A stretch of 64,000 nucleotides of DNA from the IMG/VR virus record IMGVR_UViG_3300017752_002639, positions 7,919 to 71,918 of that record; one strand, given 5' to 3'. Origin of the DNA: a virus. Positions 22,128 through 32,412 of this stretch are shown piece by piece. A model generated the notes under the pieces. It was given only the letters and a program-made list of their open reading frames with translations. It ran no database searches and had not been told where the DNA came from. Both the position numbers and the translations under genes were made by a program. The stretch's first letter is position 1. Each line of letters begins with the position of its first letter.

Positions 22128-22742
22128 ATGACTGATACATTTAAAGACATACAAGGAACATTCTTAGAAGGGCACATTAAAATTAGTGACCCAACTACTG
22201 GTGAAATCCTTATTAACAAGCGAAATGCTATACATTATGAAAATATGAGTATAGCACTTGCAGAAAGTTTGAGTAACGCAGGTAACGGCTGGGTACACGA
22301 AATGAACTTCGGAAACGGAGGAACTAGTGTTGATCCTACTGGCATTATTACATATCTAACACCAAACTCAACAGGTACAAATGCAAGTTTGTACAACAAA
22401 ACATTTACAAAAGTTGTTGATGATAGAAGTGTTAATAATATAGACCCTGCAAGAAATAAGATTGAAACAAGACATATCAGTGGTACAAACTATACCGATA
22501 TCTTAGTAACCTGTCTACTAGATTACGGTGAGCCAAACGGTCAAGAAGCGTTTGACACGTCAACTGGTACAGATAGTCTTTATGTATTTGATGAACTAGG
22601 TCTTAGATCATACAGCCCCGATGGAGAAGGAAGATTGCTAACACATGTTATTTTCCACCCAATTCAAAAGTCGTTAAACAGATTAATTCAAATAGATTAT
22701 ACTGTAAGGGTACAAAGTTTAACAGGGTTTAACGAGGGGTAA
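22128..22742 (+). CDS. Putative baseplate/tail-fibre attachment structural protein
   Basis: 204-aa ORF with a ribosome-binding site, between the giant baseplate gene and the fibres; 'FDELGL...LLTHVIF..IQKSLNRLIQIDYTV' resembles tail-collar/fibre attachment proteins. Confidence 0.45.
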   Translation: MTDTFKDIQGTFLEGHIKISDPTTGEILINKRNAIHYENMSIALAESLSNAGNGWVHEMNFGNGGTSVDPTGIITYLTPNSTGTNASLYNKTFTKVVDDRSVNNIDPARNKIETRHISGTNYTDILVTCLLDYGEPNGQEAFDTSTGTDSLYVFDELGLRSYSPDGEGRLLTHVIFHPIQKSLNRLIQIDYTVRVQSLTGFNEG

Positions 22743-22745
22743 TAA

Positions 22746-24839
22746 ATGTCATATACGATTACTTACACAGACCAAGCAAACAACGGAACAATTACTGTTG
22801 AAGATGGTACAATTAACCGTACTACATCGCTAGGACTGCCAGGACGTAACACTACAGCATACGGTGCAACTATTGCAGAAAACTTTTTACATTTATTAGA
22901 AAACTTTTCATCAACAACAGCACCAGATAATCCTTCAGAAGGACAAACATGGTATGATAATACAAATGGTTCTGAAAGTTTAAAAGTATATAACGGTACT
23001 AACTGGGTTCCAGCAAGTGGAATTACAAAATCAATTTCAACACCAGCACTAGCACAAACAGGTGACCTATGGGTTGACACAGATAACCAGCAACTATACT
23101 TGTTTACAGGTGGTGGTTGGATCTTAGTAGGACCTAGCTTTTCAGAAGGCTTGTCCACAGGTGCAAGAGCAGATCAAATTATTGGACAAGACAATAAACT
23201 ATACACAGTTCTAAGAATAGAAGTAGCAGGTTCAACAGTTGGTATTGTAAATGGTTCCGATAGTAGTTTTATTCCAAAAACAACTATTGCAGGCTTTGCT
23301 CAAATTAATCCTGGATTTAACTTAATTAATAGAGATACAGACTCCGATGGTCTAAGTAACTTTAAATTCTTTGGTACTGCTGAAAAAGCAGAAAGTTTAA
23401 TTGTTAATAATGAAGTTATTGCGGCTGCCGATTTCCTTAGAGGCGACACTACAAGTACTACACTATTTCCGTTAAATGTTCAAAATAACCAAGGTATCAA
23501 CTACGGTATTAACGGCGAGCTAACAGTAGGAGTTGAAGGCAATGCAGGTATTCTTCAACATAACGTTGGCGGTTCAAATATTGACTTGCGTGTACGTAAT
23601 GAAAATACTACAAGAACTGTTATACGTGTTGACTCAAACTTACGTGTTGGTATTAACACAGAAGCACCAGATGAAGCATTAGATGTTGTAGGTAATATAC
23701 AGTCGAGTGGTAAAGTTATTGTTAACGATACTACAACTAGTTCTACTATTAACAACGGTGCATTACAAGTACGTGGTGGCGCAGGTATTAGACAAACATT
23801 AAATGTTGGCGGAGCAACTAAATTACTAGACTTGCTAACAACAACTAATGTTGTACCAGACGATAATAACATTAGAGATATTGGTTCTGCTACAGTTAAA
23901 TATAAAAATGTGTATGCTACAACATTTACTGGTAACGTAGTAGGTAATGTTAGTGGTACAATTACAGGACGTAGTACAGAGTCAGATAAACTTACAGATA
24001 AGACTACGTTTATTATGGAAGGCGATGTTGCTACTATTGTTCCTGTAGAATTTGATGGCTCATTCCAAGATCCAAGTTTTAATAACGGTGAAGATGCAAA
24101 TGGCGATCCGTTACCAGCAGGTGAACAACCACTACAGAAAAAATTCCGTACAGAAATTTCAAACTCGTTTATTGGTAGCAAAACTGCAATAACTGAAGTA
24201 TTAGGCAGTGATGAATTACTAGTTAACCAAGTGTCAGGAGCGGCACCAGGGTTGAAACGAGTAACTAAACAAAACTTATTAAAAACAATTCCAATTAATC
24301 CGCCAGGCGTAATGATGCCATATGGTGGAGATAGTGCGCCAGCAGGTTGGCTACTATGTAATGGTCAAGAAGTAGAACGTGAAGACTATCAATTATTATT
24401 TGATGCAATTAAATTTAAATTTGGTGCTGAGTCTCAAGTAACAGCAGGATACTTTAAAGTCCCTGACATGAGAGGGCGTATACCACTTGGTGCTGATAAC
24501 ATTGGCGGAACAAGTGCAAACATTGTTACAGCAGGCGCCGCAGATATTATTGGTGCGTTATCGGGTACAGAAACAAAAATTATTGATATTACTAATGTAC
24601 CAGAACACTTACACAGTTTAAAAGATGCTGATAACAACCAATTTTATGCAGTACAAGATAGAATTGATCCAACTACTGATACTAATGCTACAATAGTAGA
24701 TGCTCCAACTGCAACTGGACAAGGGCAACAGTTACAAAACAGTGGTGGTATTATTAGTCAAAACGATGTAGGGCAACCTTTAGATATTATGCCTCCTACA
24801 GTAACTATGAACTATATCATCTATACCGGAAGAGAATAA
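22746..24839 (+). CDS. Tail fibre with C-terminal phage tail-collar domain (gp12-like)
   Basis: 'PPGVMMPYGGDSAPAGWLLCNGQ...FKVPDMRGRIPLG' is the tail-collar motif; N-terminal module shared with the next two genes. Confidence 0.8.
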   Translation: MSYTITYTDQANNGTITVEDGTINRTTSLGLPGRNTTAYGATIAENFLHLLENFSSTTAPDNPSEGQTWYDNTNGSESLKVYNGTNWVPASGITKSISTPALAQTGDLWVDTDNQQLYLFTGGGWILVGPSFSEGLSTGARADQIIGQDNKLYTVLRIEVAGSTVGIVNGSDSSFIPKTTIAGFAQINPGFNLINRDTDSDGLSNFKFFGTAEKAESLIVNNEVIAAADFLRGDTTSTTLFPLNVQNNQGINYGINGELTVGVEGNAGILQHNVGGSNIDLRVRNENTTRTVIRVDSNLRVGINTEAPDEALDVVGNIQSSGKVIVNDTTTSSTINNGALQVRGGAGIRQTLNVGGATKLLDLLTTTNVVPDDNNIRDIGSATVKYKNVYATTFTGNVVGNVSGTITGRSTESDKLTDKTTFIMEGDVATIVPVEFDGSFQDPSFNNGEDANGDPLPAGEQPLQKKFRTEISNSFIGSKTAITEVLGSDELLVNQVSGAAPGLKRVTKQNLLKTIPINPPGVMMPYGGDSAPAGWLLCNGQEVEREDYQLLFDAIKFKFGAESQVTAGYFKVPDMRGRIPLGADNIGGTSANIVTAGAADIIGALSGTETKIIDITNVPEHLHSLKDADNNQFYAVQDRIDPTTDTNATIVDAPTATGQGQQLQNSGGIISQNDVGQPLDIMPPTVTMNYIIYTGRE

Positions 24840-24843
24840 TTAA

Positions 24844-26748
24844 ATGAGCTATAAACTAAACAAAACAAACGGTGAATTACTTGTAGATCTTGTAGATGGT
24901 CAAATTGACAATACATCTACAGACATTACTTTAGTAGGACGTAACTATAAAGGGTTTGGTGAGTTTTTAAACGAAAACTTTATTAAACTAATGGAAAACT
25001 TCGCAAAAACAAGTGCTCCAGGCGCACCGCTTGTAGGTCAACTTTGGTATGATACAGCTGAACAAAGATTAAAGGTATACACAGGTACTACTTTTAGAAG
25101 TGCTAGTGGTGCTGTTATTTCACAGACACAACCTAATCTTGTAACAGGCGACCTATGGGTTGATAGTTTAGAAAACAAATTATATTTCTTTGACGGTGAA
25201 GATATTGTACTAGTTGGTCCAAACTATAGTGCGGCACAAGGTAAAACAGGGTTTGAAGCGTTTACTATTGTTGACGAAAATGGACAAGACCAAACTGTAT
25301 TATCAATGTATGTAAATGGTACTTTATCAGGACTTATTTCAAGAACACAGTTTAGACCAAAAATAAACATTACAGGGTTTCCAGTAGATCCAGATGATAA
25401 CAGAAATCCAAAAAGACAGTTAATTAAAGAAGGTATCAATCCAGTAAGTGCAAACTTTTTCTTTAGAGGAACATCAGAAAGTACAAGTTCACTTATTGAT
25501 GTTAACACACTAGAACAGTTTACATCAGATAACTTTATGAAAACTGACCGCGATACGTCAACTAGTGGTAGTTTAAAAATTAAAAATGCAAGTGGATTAT
25601 CAATTGGTGTTTCAGATACAGAGTATGCAGTTTTAAAAGTTGCAACAGGATTAATAACAGTATTAGAAACACAGCGTTCAGATAGAGACTTTGCTATAAG
25701 AACAAAACGTGGTAACACTATAGACAATGCATTTTATGTTGATGCATCAGAAAAACGTGTAGGTATATTTAATGATACACCATCAGTTGAACTTGATGTT
25801 ACTGGCAGTGGTAGATATTCAGGCAACTTAGAGGTTGAAGGCAACTTACAAGTTAACGGCGAAACTACTTACTTGAATGTTTCAACTCTTAGAGTTGAAG
25901 ATAAAAATATAGAACTTGGGCTATTAAACGACAGTACACAAGGTACTGATGCACAAGTAGATGGAGCAGGTATTATTATTGCTTCATCAGAAGGAAGTAA
26001 AGACTTTACTTGGGAAGTTGAAACAGGCAACTGGACATCAAACCAAAGTTTAGACATTACTGAAGGTAACAGTTTTAAAATTAACAATGTCAATAAACTA
26101 AGTGCAAACAGATTAGACGACAGTGTTATATATGCTGAAGGTCTTGTTAGAGTAGGTACGTTGCAAACATTAACAGTTGATAGCATTACTATTAATGATA
26201 GCACTATTAATTCAACAGCACCATTAGCAATTGGAAGTACGGGAAATATTACAGTTAACAATCAAAAAATTGTTGGTGTAGCATCTCCAGTAGGTGCAGA
26301 TCCGGCAGATACAGTTGCTACTAAAGGATATGTAGATACACAATTAGACTTAGAGCCAGTAGTAACAACTATTGACTGTACAGGCTTTTCAAATCCGTCC
26401 GCAGATTTTACAGTTGACGGTGGGCCATATACAGATGTTATAGGGGTTCTAAACTTTTTATATCCTGCTTCAGAGAAAGAAACAGGAGCAGTAGCAAGAC
26501 TTTATGCAGTATCATACTCAGGAACAGAAGTAACTGGTATTGATGTTGGCGCAGGCGCAAGTAAATCATACATATCAGTATATGTAGATCCAGATGATAG
26601 CACAACGCCACAGCTAGAGTCGGTGCTACAGGATATTAACTTTGCACCAATTACTGGTGATGCAAGCCTAGTGCCAAATCGGGCAACTATGGAATTTGTA
26701 GTGAATGGGAACAGCTGGGTTTGGGTGCGTACGACACCAATTACCTAA
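24844..26748 (+). CDS. Tail fibre protein, paralogous N-terminus
   Basis: 'LVGRNYKGFGEFLNENFIKLMENFA...GQLWYDT' N-terminal module and beta-rich repeats. Confidence 0.7.
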   Translation: MSYKLNKTNGELLVDLVDGQIDNTSTDITLVGRNYKGFGEFLNENFIKLMENFAKTSAPGAPLVGQLWYDTAEQRLKVYTGTTFRSASGAVISQTQPNLVTGDLWVDSLENKLYFFDGEDIVLVGPNYSAAQGKTGFEAFTIVDENGQDQTVLSMYVNGTLSGLISRTQFRPKINITGFPVDPDDNRNPKRQLIKEGINPVSANFFFRGTSESTSSLIDVNTLEQFTSDNFMKTDRDTSTSGSLKIKNASGLSIGVSDTEYAVLKVATGLITVLETQRSDRDFAIRTKRGNTIDNAFYVDASEKRVGIFNDTPSVELDVTGSGRYSGNLEVEGNLQVNGETTYLNVSTLRVEDKNIELGLLNDSTQGTDAQVDGAGIIIASSEGSKDFTWEVETGNWTSNQSLDITEGNSFKINNVNKLSANRLDDSVIYAEGLVRVGTLQTLTVDSITINDSTINSTAPLAIGSTGNITVNNQKIVGVASPVGADPADTVATKGYVDTQLDLEPVVTTIDCTGFSNPSADFTVDGGPYTDVIGVLNFLYPASEKETGAVARLYAVSYSGTEVTGIDVGAGASKSYISVYVDPDDSTTPQLESVLQDINFAPITGDASLVPNRATMEFVVNGNSWVWVRTTPIT

Positions 26749-26754
26749 AAGCAG

Positions 26755-26761
26755 ATAAATA
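26755..26761 (+). promoter_or_regulatory. Late promoter ATAAATA
   Basis: Intergenic GATAAATAC, then AGGGG and ATG 26789. Confidence 0.6.
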
Positions 26762-26788
26762 CAATTAGTCGTAACAGGGGTTCATTAA

Positions 26789-28312
26789 ATGGCATATACA
26801 ATTGATACATATAGTAATAGTACATCTTGGAAAATTGAAGATGGGACTATTGATCAAACCACCGATTTAAAGCTAGTTGGTAAAAACTATGCTGGATACG
26901 GTGAGATACAAAACGAAAACTTTGTTTTCTTACTAGAAAACTTTGCAGGGCAGGCAGAGCCGCCACGTAAAATACAAGGTCAAATATGGTTTGACACTGG
27001 TAATAGTAAATTAAAGTTTTATGACGGAATTAAATGGCGCACAACAGGTGGCGCAGAAGTTAGCACAACAGTTCCAACAGGTCTTAAAGAAGGTGACTTT
27101 TGGTGGGATCAAAATAACGAGCAACTTTATACATACAATGGCGGAGACTTTGTACTTATCGGACCCCAAAGTGCAGGATCAGGCCAGACACAAATTGTAA
27201 GTCGCTCATTACGTGATACAGGTGGTACGACAAGAGGCGTTATCACAGCAGTTGTAAATGATGAAACAGTATTTGTTACTAGTTCACAAGACTTTACAAT
27301 TGATACGGCTGATGTTGATAGTAACATTCCAGGATTTGATAGAATACGTCAAGGTATTACACTAAAGAACACTTTAAATAGTTCCGGCGGTGTTACATCA
27401 GGCGATTGGAGAATTGTTGGTACAGCAACAAATGCTGAGAAATTAGGCGGAGCGGCAGCCAGTGAGTATGTAAAAAATCAAACAGCAAACTTTGCAGGAC
27501 TTGCACGTTTTAGTGACACAGGTTTACAAGTTGGCGATGACGGTGACTTGAAACTTAAAGTTGAATTAGACAACAAAGCAGTTATTGCAAACGAAAACGG
27601 ATTACAAATTGAATTCCGTGCTAAAAATTCATTAGGTACTATACTAAACCCAATGAGAATATTTGCAGATGCAGTTATTCCAGGGTTCCAAGTTGGTACA
27701 GAATCAGCACCAGGTGGGCCAGTAGTTGGTACATCAACATTAGGTTCTGTAGATTATCCGTGGCCAAACGTATTTGCAAACAATGTAACTGGTTTAGCAA
27801 GTATAGCTTCATCGTTAAACGTAGGTGCATACGATCCAGTTAATCCATTAGCAAATGCAAAATATCCATCAACAGCAGACGCGGCAAATACTATTGCAGT
27901 TAGAGATGCCGCAGGCGATATTTACGCAAATAAATTTCAAGGTGTTGCAACTGAAGCTCAATATGCTGACTTAGCAGAAAAATATACTACTGATAAAGAA
28001 TATCCAGTAGGTACAGCAATGTGTGTAGGCGGAGATGCTGAAACAACAGCGGCTAAGACAAGTAGTATTAGTATTGGTGTTATATCAGAAGCTCCTGCGT
28101 ACTTAATGAACAAAGATTTAGAAGGGCAAGCAATTGGTCTTAAAGGTCGTGTTCCAGTAAGAGTAAAAGGCCCAGTGAAAAAAGGTCAACCAGTGTATGC
28201 ATGGGAAGATGGTGTTTGTTCTACAGTAGCAACTACATCAATCGTAGGTGTTGCACTAGTTACTAATGACGCTGAAGAAGAGAAATTAGTTGAGTGCGTT
28301 TTAAAGGTATAA
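26789..28312 (+). CDS. Tail fibre with a probable C-terminal intramolecular-chaperone/autocleavage domain
   Basis: Shared N-terminal module; C-terminal 'QYADLAEKY...GVIS..PAYLMN...GRVPVRV.G' resembles peptidase G2/IMC domains. Confidence 0.7.
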   Translation: MAYTIDTYSNSTSWKIEDGTIDQTTDLKLVGKNYAGYGEIQNENFVFLLENFAGQAEPPRKIQGQIWFDTGNSKLKFYDGIKWRTTGGAEVSTTVPTGLKEGDFWWDQNNEQLYTYNGGDFVLIGPQSAGSGQTQIVSRSLRDTGGTTRGVITAVVNDETVFVTSSQDFTIDTADVDSNIPGFDRIRQGITLKNTLNSSGGVTSGDWRIVGTATNAEKLGGAAASEYVKNQTANFAGLARFSDTGLQVGDDGDLKLKVELDNKAVIANENGLQIEFRAKNSLGTILNPMRIFADAVIPGFQVGTESAPGGPVVGTSTLGSVDYPWPNVFANNVTGLASIASSLNVGAYDPVNPLANAKYPSTADAANTIAVRDAAGDIYANKFQGVATEAQYADLAEKYTTDKEYPVGTAMCVGGDAETTAAKTSSISIGVISEAPAYLMNKDLEGQAIGLKGRVPVRVKGPVKKGQPVYAWEDGVCSTVATTSIVGVALVTNDAEEEKLVECVLKV

Positions 28313-28315
28313 ATA
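28308..28315 (+). promoter_or_regulatory. Exact T4 late promoter consensus TATAAATA
   Basis: Overlaps the stop codon at 28310-28312; AGGA and ATG 28345 follow. Confidence 0.7.
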
Positions 28316-28344
28316 AAACTAGCACTTTATAGGAAGTAGAATAT

Positions 28345-29250
28345 ATGTCTGTAAATAATCAAACGTCCATAACCGCCGCGAATTATAATTCGTTACAATC
28401 AAGAGTTGCTAACTTACTTGGCAGTGGTTTTGGCGGTTCAGGTTACGGACAAGCACTTGTTAGTGCTCCTGTTGCTGTTGGAGAAATAGTAACTGCGGAG
28501 CATATGAATCTTCTAAGAGAAGATATTAACAGAGCGCATGTACATCAAACTGGTAGTTTGTCATCGTTATTAGCAATTGATCAAGAGTCAAAAATTGGTG
28601 CTAATGCAGTAGACGGTGATGCTGAAAAAGGGTTTAACTCATATAGTGCAGTCATAACAATACTTGAAGGTAATGCTAATGTAGTTGACGGAACGCAAGT
28701 TACGTTAGAAACAGCTACAACTAGTACACGATTTGCAGGATGGGCTGGGCAACTAGTTCATATGTTTACTGTAAACTTTGCTGACGCTGACGAAAGACGT
28801 GCATTTTTTAATGCAGGTGGAGAAATACATATGTCAGCTGAAATAGTAGGCGACAATACCCCAAAAGGTCAAGATTGGAATAGTATCTTAACTAACATGG
28901 GAACAGTAAAATTTGCTAAAGAAACAACTACAAAAACAGGCGCGGCCGGCACAGTACAAGCAATTGGTAACTTTGATCTTTCATCAAGTTTCCAAGAAAT
29001 ATTCCAAAGACGTGGACAAGCTGATTACTATGCAGAAAATAGATATTTTATCTATTGTAAGGAAACGTCTTTAGATTCTATACAATTTAGAATTGAATTC
29101 TTAGACAACGACCAAGGTGATCCTAATGACGATGAAGTTGTTAGAGGCACATTAACAAGTGTTGTCAAACAACTCAGACCAACAGGAAGTTATGTAACTG
29201 TAAACTCACCAAGTTATTCTACGCAATCAAGCCTTGACGAAGGAGATTAA
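28345..29250 (+). CDS. Virion structural protein (paralog of 29254-30339)
   Basis: Follows a late promoter; shares 'YN.L...LG.G.G..GYGQ', 'FFNAGGEIH' and 'DW..L.N.G' with the next gene. Confidence 0.55.
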   Translation: MSVNNQTSITAANYNSLQSRVANLLGSGFGGSGYGQALVSAPVAVGEIVTAEHMNLLREDINRAHVHQTGSLSSLLAIDQESKIGANAVDGDAEKGFNSYSAVITILEGNANVVDGTQVTLETATTSTRFAGWAGQLVHMFTVNFADADERRAFFNAGGEIHMSAEIVGDNTPKGQDWNSILTNMGTVKFAKETTTKTGAAGTVQAIGNFDLSSSFQEIFQRRGQADYYAENRYFIYCKETSLDSIQFRIEFLDNDQGDPNDDEVVRGTLTSVVKQLRPTGSYVTVNSPSYSTQSSLDEGD

Positions 29251-29253
29251 TTT

Positions 29254-30339
29254 ATGGCAACAGTTGGCGGTTTTATATCCGGTAGTGACTATAACACGTT
29301 AGTTAATGGCACAACCAATGTGCTTGGATTAGGTTCCGGCGCAGATGGTTATGGTCAAATAGTTCCTAGTAAAGAAACATATTCATCAAGAGGCACTGCC
29401 AATTTAATTGATAATGCTGAATGGAATCTACTAAGAACTGATATTAACAAATGTTACCAACATCAATCCAATGGTGATATAATTGGTAATGAAGTAACCG
29501 ACGGTTACATTATCGGCGCAGATGCTTCAGGACCTAGTGTTACTAGAATTTCAGGCGATACATTTTCAATTAATACACCAAACAACGGTACTGGCATTAA
29601 TGATTGGGTGTCGGGTTTAACAACTATACAAAACGGCAAAAATAACATAAATTCTTCGCACTATACAGTTACAGGTACTAGAGCGTTAGTTAACTCACAG
29701 AGAACTTTAGGTTGGGGTACTGCTTCGAATCCTTCAGTATATTGTGATCTTGCTGTTTCATTTCAAGGCGGATACGAATGTACTAATAGTGCAGGGACTC
29801 GTGTAACTGCTAGTGGCGCAGATCATGCTAGACATTTTTTTAATGCCGGCGGCGAAATACATTTATCACAATTTTTAACAGGTTCTACAGCTAAAGATAC
29901 TGACTGGGGTACAATGTTAGGTAACGCTGGTATAACCAAATTTAAAAGAAACAATACTACAGGAACAGGTACGGCCGCATATCGAGACGGAGCAACTGAT
30001 CTTGATGGTGGCGGTGTAGATAGTGCATTAGGATTTTACCAATTAACTACTGGGTTCTCATTAATCATGCGTAAGAATGGTAGTCAAGCAGAATATGCAG
30101 AAAACTACATAGAAGTTTATGCAAAACGTAATGTAAATTATGATGAACTACAATTTAGATTCTTCTTTAATGATGTTGACTCAGGCGATCAAACTGGTAC
30201 AGGACCAGGAGTAGACGAAATGGTATTTGCAGGTGGCGGGTCAATGGGTGCAGGTATTGACTTATTACGCCCATCGGGCTCATATGTAAGCGTAATAGAA
30301 CCAGATAGTAGCGTTGTAACCGAACTAGGAATCACATAA
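29254..30339 (+). CDS. Virion structural protein (paralog of 28345-29250)
   Basis: Same shared motifs; Gly/Thr/Ser-rich composition; last gene of the tail block. Confidence 0.55.
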   Translation: MATVGGFISGSDYNTLVNGTTNVLGLGSGADGYGQIVPSKETYSSRGTANLIDNAEWNLLRTDINKCYQHQSNGDIIGNEVTDGYIIGADASGPSVTRISGDTFSINTPNNGTGINDWVSGLTTIQNGKNNINSSHYTVTGTRALVNSQRTLGWGTASNPSVYCDLAVSFQGGYECTNSAGTRVTASGADHARHFFNAGGEIHLSQFLTGSTAKDTDWGTMLGNAGITKFKRNNTTGTGTAAYRDGATDLDGGGVDSALGFYQLTTGFSLIMRKNGSQAEYAENYIEVYAKRNVNYDELQFRFFFNDVDSGDQTGTGPGVDEMVFAGGGSMGAGIDLLRPSGSYVSVIEPDSSVVTELGIT

Positions 30340-30342
30340 CAC

Positions 30343-30371
30343 TTGACAAACTGTTAATTCGAGTATATACT
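30343..30371 (+). promoter_or_regulatory. Sigma70-type promoter at the start of the enzyme island
   Basis: TTGACA (30343-48), 17 nt, TATACT (30366-71); GGAGA ribosome-binding site before ATG 30397. Confidence 0.75.
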
Positions 30372-30396
30372 ATAACAATATACTTGGAGATGTCGT

Positions 30397-30744
30397 ATGG
30401 ATGAAAGACTAGAAAAAGCACTTGAGTTCTCAAACTACATGGTTACGTTGAATAATCAACGTAGAATTGTAAGAGAACAATTTTTAGAAAACTGTGTTCA
30501 CTATTTAAATGGTGGAAAGTTTTCAGTTAACAGAGATTTAATTACATTTTGTCAAACACTAGTAACTAGAGATCAATCTAGTGCAGTGCTTATTGACGAC
30601 AATGATACCCCAATTGAAGTAGAAGATATTAATAAATTCTTAGATGATATCCTTGATATTTACTTTACTACAACATACGAGTACTACGATAAGTTTAACG
30701 AAATCAAAAAGAATCGAACAGTAGAAGGGTTAGTTAATTTATGA
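30397..30744 (+). CDS. Hypothetical protein, first gene of the enzyme island
   Basis: 115-aa ORF with a ribosome-binding site; translationally coupled to the next gene; no recognisable motif. Confidence 0.7.
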   Translation: MDERLEKALEFSNYMVTLNNQRRIVREQFLENCVHYLNGGKFSVNRDLITFCQTLVTRDQSSAVLIDDNDTPIEVEDINKFLDDILDIYFTTTYEYYDKFNEIKKNRTVEGLVNL

Positions 30745-31601
30745 GCAAAGGCGTATTGCTTTTCGCACAAAATAATAATACTGTCGACTATGTTAAACAA
30801 GCAATATATTGTGCAAGAAAAATAAAGAAGCATTTAGGTATTGGCGTAGCTATTGCTACAGATAATGCTGACTATTTAAAAAGCCAATATCCTTATTATG
30901 AAAAGTATGTAGATCATATTATCACTCTTGAATGGGCAGAGTGTAATCAAAAGAGAACATTCCGCGACGGCACAATGAGCAAACGTGATCTTGAATGGCG
31001 TAACTTTGATAGAAGCCTAAGTTATGATATAACTCCGTTCGATGAAACAATAGTAATGGATACTGATTTTATCATAGGCAATAATTTACTCAATCACGCA
31101 TTTAACAGTAACGAAGATTTTTTAATATGGCGTTACATAACTGATGTTAACATGGACAGACCAGACGAACATAGGTTTAATAAAATTAGCGATAGAAGTG
31201 TTGACATGTTTTGGGCTACAGTCTTTTACTTTAAAAAGACAAAACCAATGGAAGACTTTTTTGAACTAATAAAACACATTAAAGAAAACTGGCACTTCTA
31301 CAGATTAACATATCAAATTCCAAGTAAAATTTATAGGAATGATTTTGCATTTAGTATTGCTATACACATATTTAATGCACACCAAAGAACAGTATGGCCT
31401 AAGCCCTTACCAGGTAGATTATGGTTTACTAGTGACGCAGATATTTTAATGAAGATGGATGATGAAGAATATACTTTCTTATTAGACAAACGACATTGGA
31501 AGGGTCATTATCATGTAGGTGCAATTAAAGATTGCAATATTCATATTATGAACAAGTTTAGTTTAGACAGGGCAATTAGCGAGGCACTATCAGATGAATA
31601 G
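30741..31601 (+). CDS. GT-A fold glycosyltransferase-like protein (GT8/GT77-like)
   Basis: 'DITPFDETIVMDTDF' DxD motif; N-terminal 'GVLLFAQN'. Confidence 0.65.
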   Translation: MSKGVLLFAQNNNTVDYVKQAIYCARKIKKHLGIGVAIATDNADYLKSQYPYYEKYVDHIITLEWAECNQKRTFRDGTMSKRDLEWRNFDRSLSYDITPFDETIVMDTDFIIGNNLLNHAFNSNEDFLIWRYITDVNMDRPDEHRFNKISDRSVDMFWATVFYFKKTKPMEDFFELIKHIKENWHFYRLTYQIPSKIYRNDFAFSIAIHIFNAHQRTVWPKPLPGRLWFTSDADILMKMDDEEYTFLLDKRHWKGHYHVGAIKDCNIHIMNKFSLDRAISEALSDE

Positions 31602-32412
31602 AGGATTTTGCTTACTAGCACAAAACAATGAAAAAACTGATTATGTAAGACAAGCATATGCACTTGCTAAAAGTTTACATAGATATAACACAGATCAAAA
31701 AATTAGTTTAATAACTAATGATGATATTCCTAACGAGTGGAAAGAAGTATTTGATCAAATAATACCTATACCTTGGTCAGACGATGCAGATGAGTCTAAG
31801 TGGAAAATAGAAAATAGATGGAAAGTATATCACGCTAGTCCATATGATGAAACTATTGTATTAGAAGCAGACATGCTAATACTAACTGATATCACACACT
31901 GGTGGGAAGAACTTGCAAAGCGTGAATTATTTTTTGTTAGTAATGTTAGAACATACAGAGATGAAGTTGTAACTAATAGATTTTATAGAAAAACATTTGA
32001 TGCTAATGAACTACCAAACTTATATAGTGCATTGCATTACTTTAAAAAAGGTGATGTAGCAAAAGAGTTTTATAATCTATTAGAAATTATTGTTAACAAC
32101 TGGCAGTTATTTTACGGCAAGTATGCAAAAGAAGAATATCAAAAATGGTGTAGTATTGACTTATGCGCGGCAATAGCAAGTAAAATACTAGATAACGAAA
32201 AAGAAATTACAGATCCAAATAGCTATGTTACTTTTACACATATGAAGCCAAGGGTACAAGGTTGGTACAACATTCCTACTAAATGGACAAGAGCAATAGG
32301 AAAGTATTATAGAGATGACGGAACATTGTTATTAGGAAATCATTTACAAACAAGAGTATTACATTATGTTGAAGATGAATTCCTCACAGACGAATTGCTG
32401 GAGAACTTATAA
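31594..32412 (+). CDS. GT-A fold glycosyltransferase-like protein (paralog of 30741)
   Basis: 'HASPYDETIVLEADML' (ExD variant) and 'LYSALHYFKK', which aligns with 'FWATVFYFKK' of the previous gene. Confidence 0.65.
   Translation: MNRGFCLLAQNNEKTDYVRQAYALAKSLHRYNTDQKISLITNDDIPNEWKEVFDQIIPIPWSDDADESKWKIENRWKVYHASPYDETIVLEADMLILTDITHWWEELAKRELFFVSNVRTYRDEVVTNRFYRKTFDANELPNLYSALHYFKKGDVAKEFYNLLEIIVNNWQLFYGKYAKEEYQKWCSIDLCAAIASKILDNEKEITDPNSYVTFTHMKPRVQGWYNIPTKWTRAIGKYYRDDGTLLLGNHLQTRVLHYVEDEFLTDELLENL

Noticed and set aside
22112-22140. TTGACA just after the giant gene
   Set aside because: The matching -10 position (ATACAT) is poor and falls inside the next CDS; the adjacent ATAAATA late box explains the region better.
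192-27327. Many antisense ORFs of 60-208 aa within the tail genes (for example 23555-24181, 25224-25727, 1883-2296)
   Set aside because: They are in-register shadows of the sense frame caused by codon bias; Ser/Val/Leu-rich, with no ribosome-binding sites or motifs.
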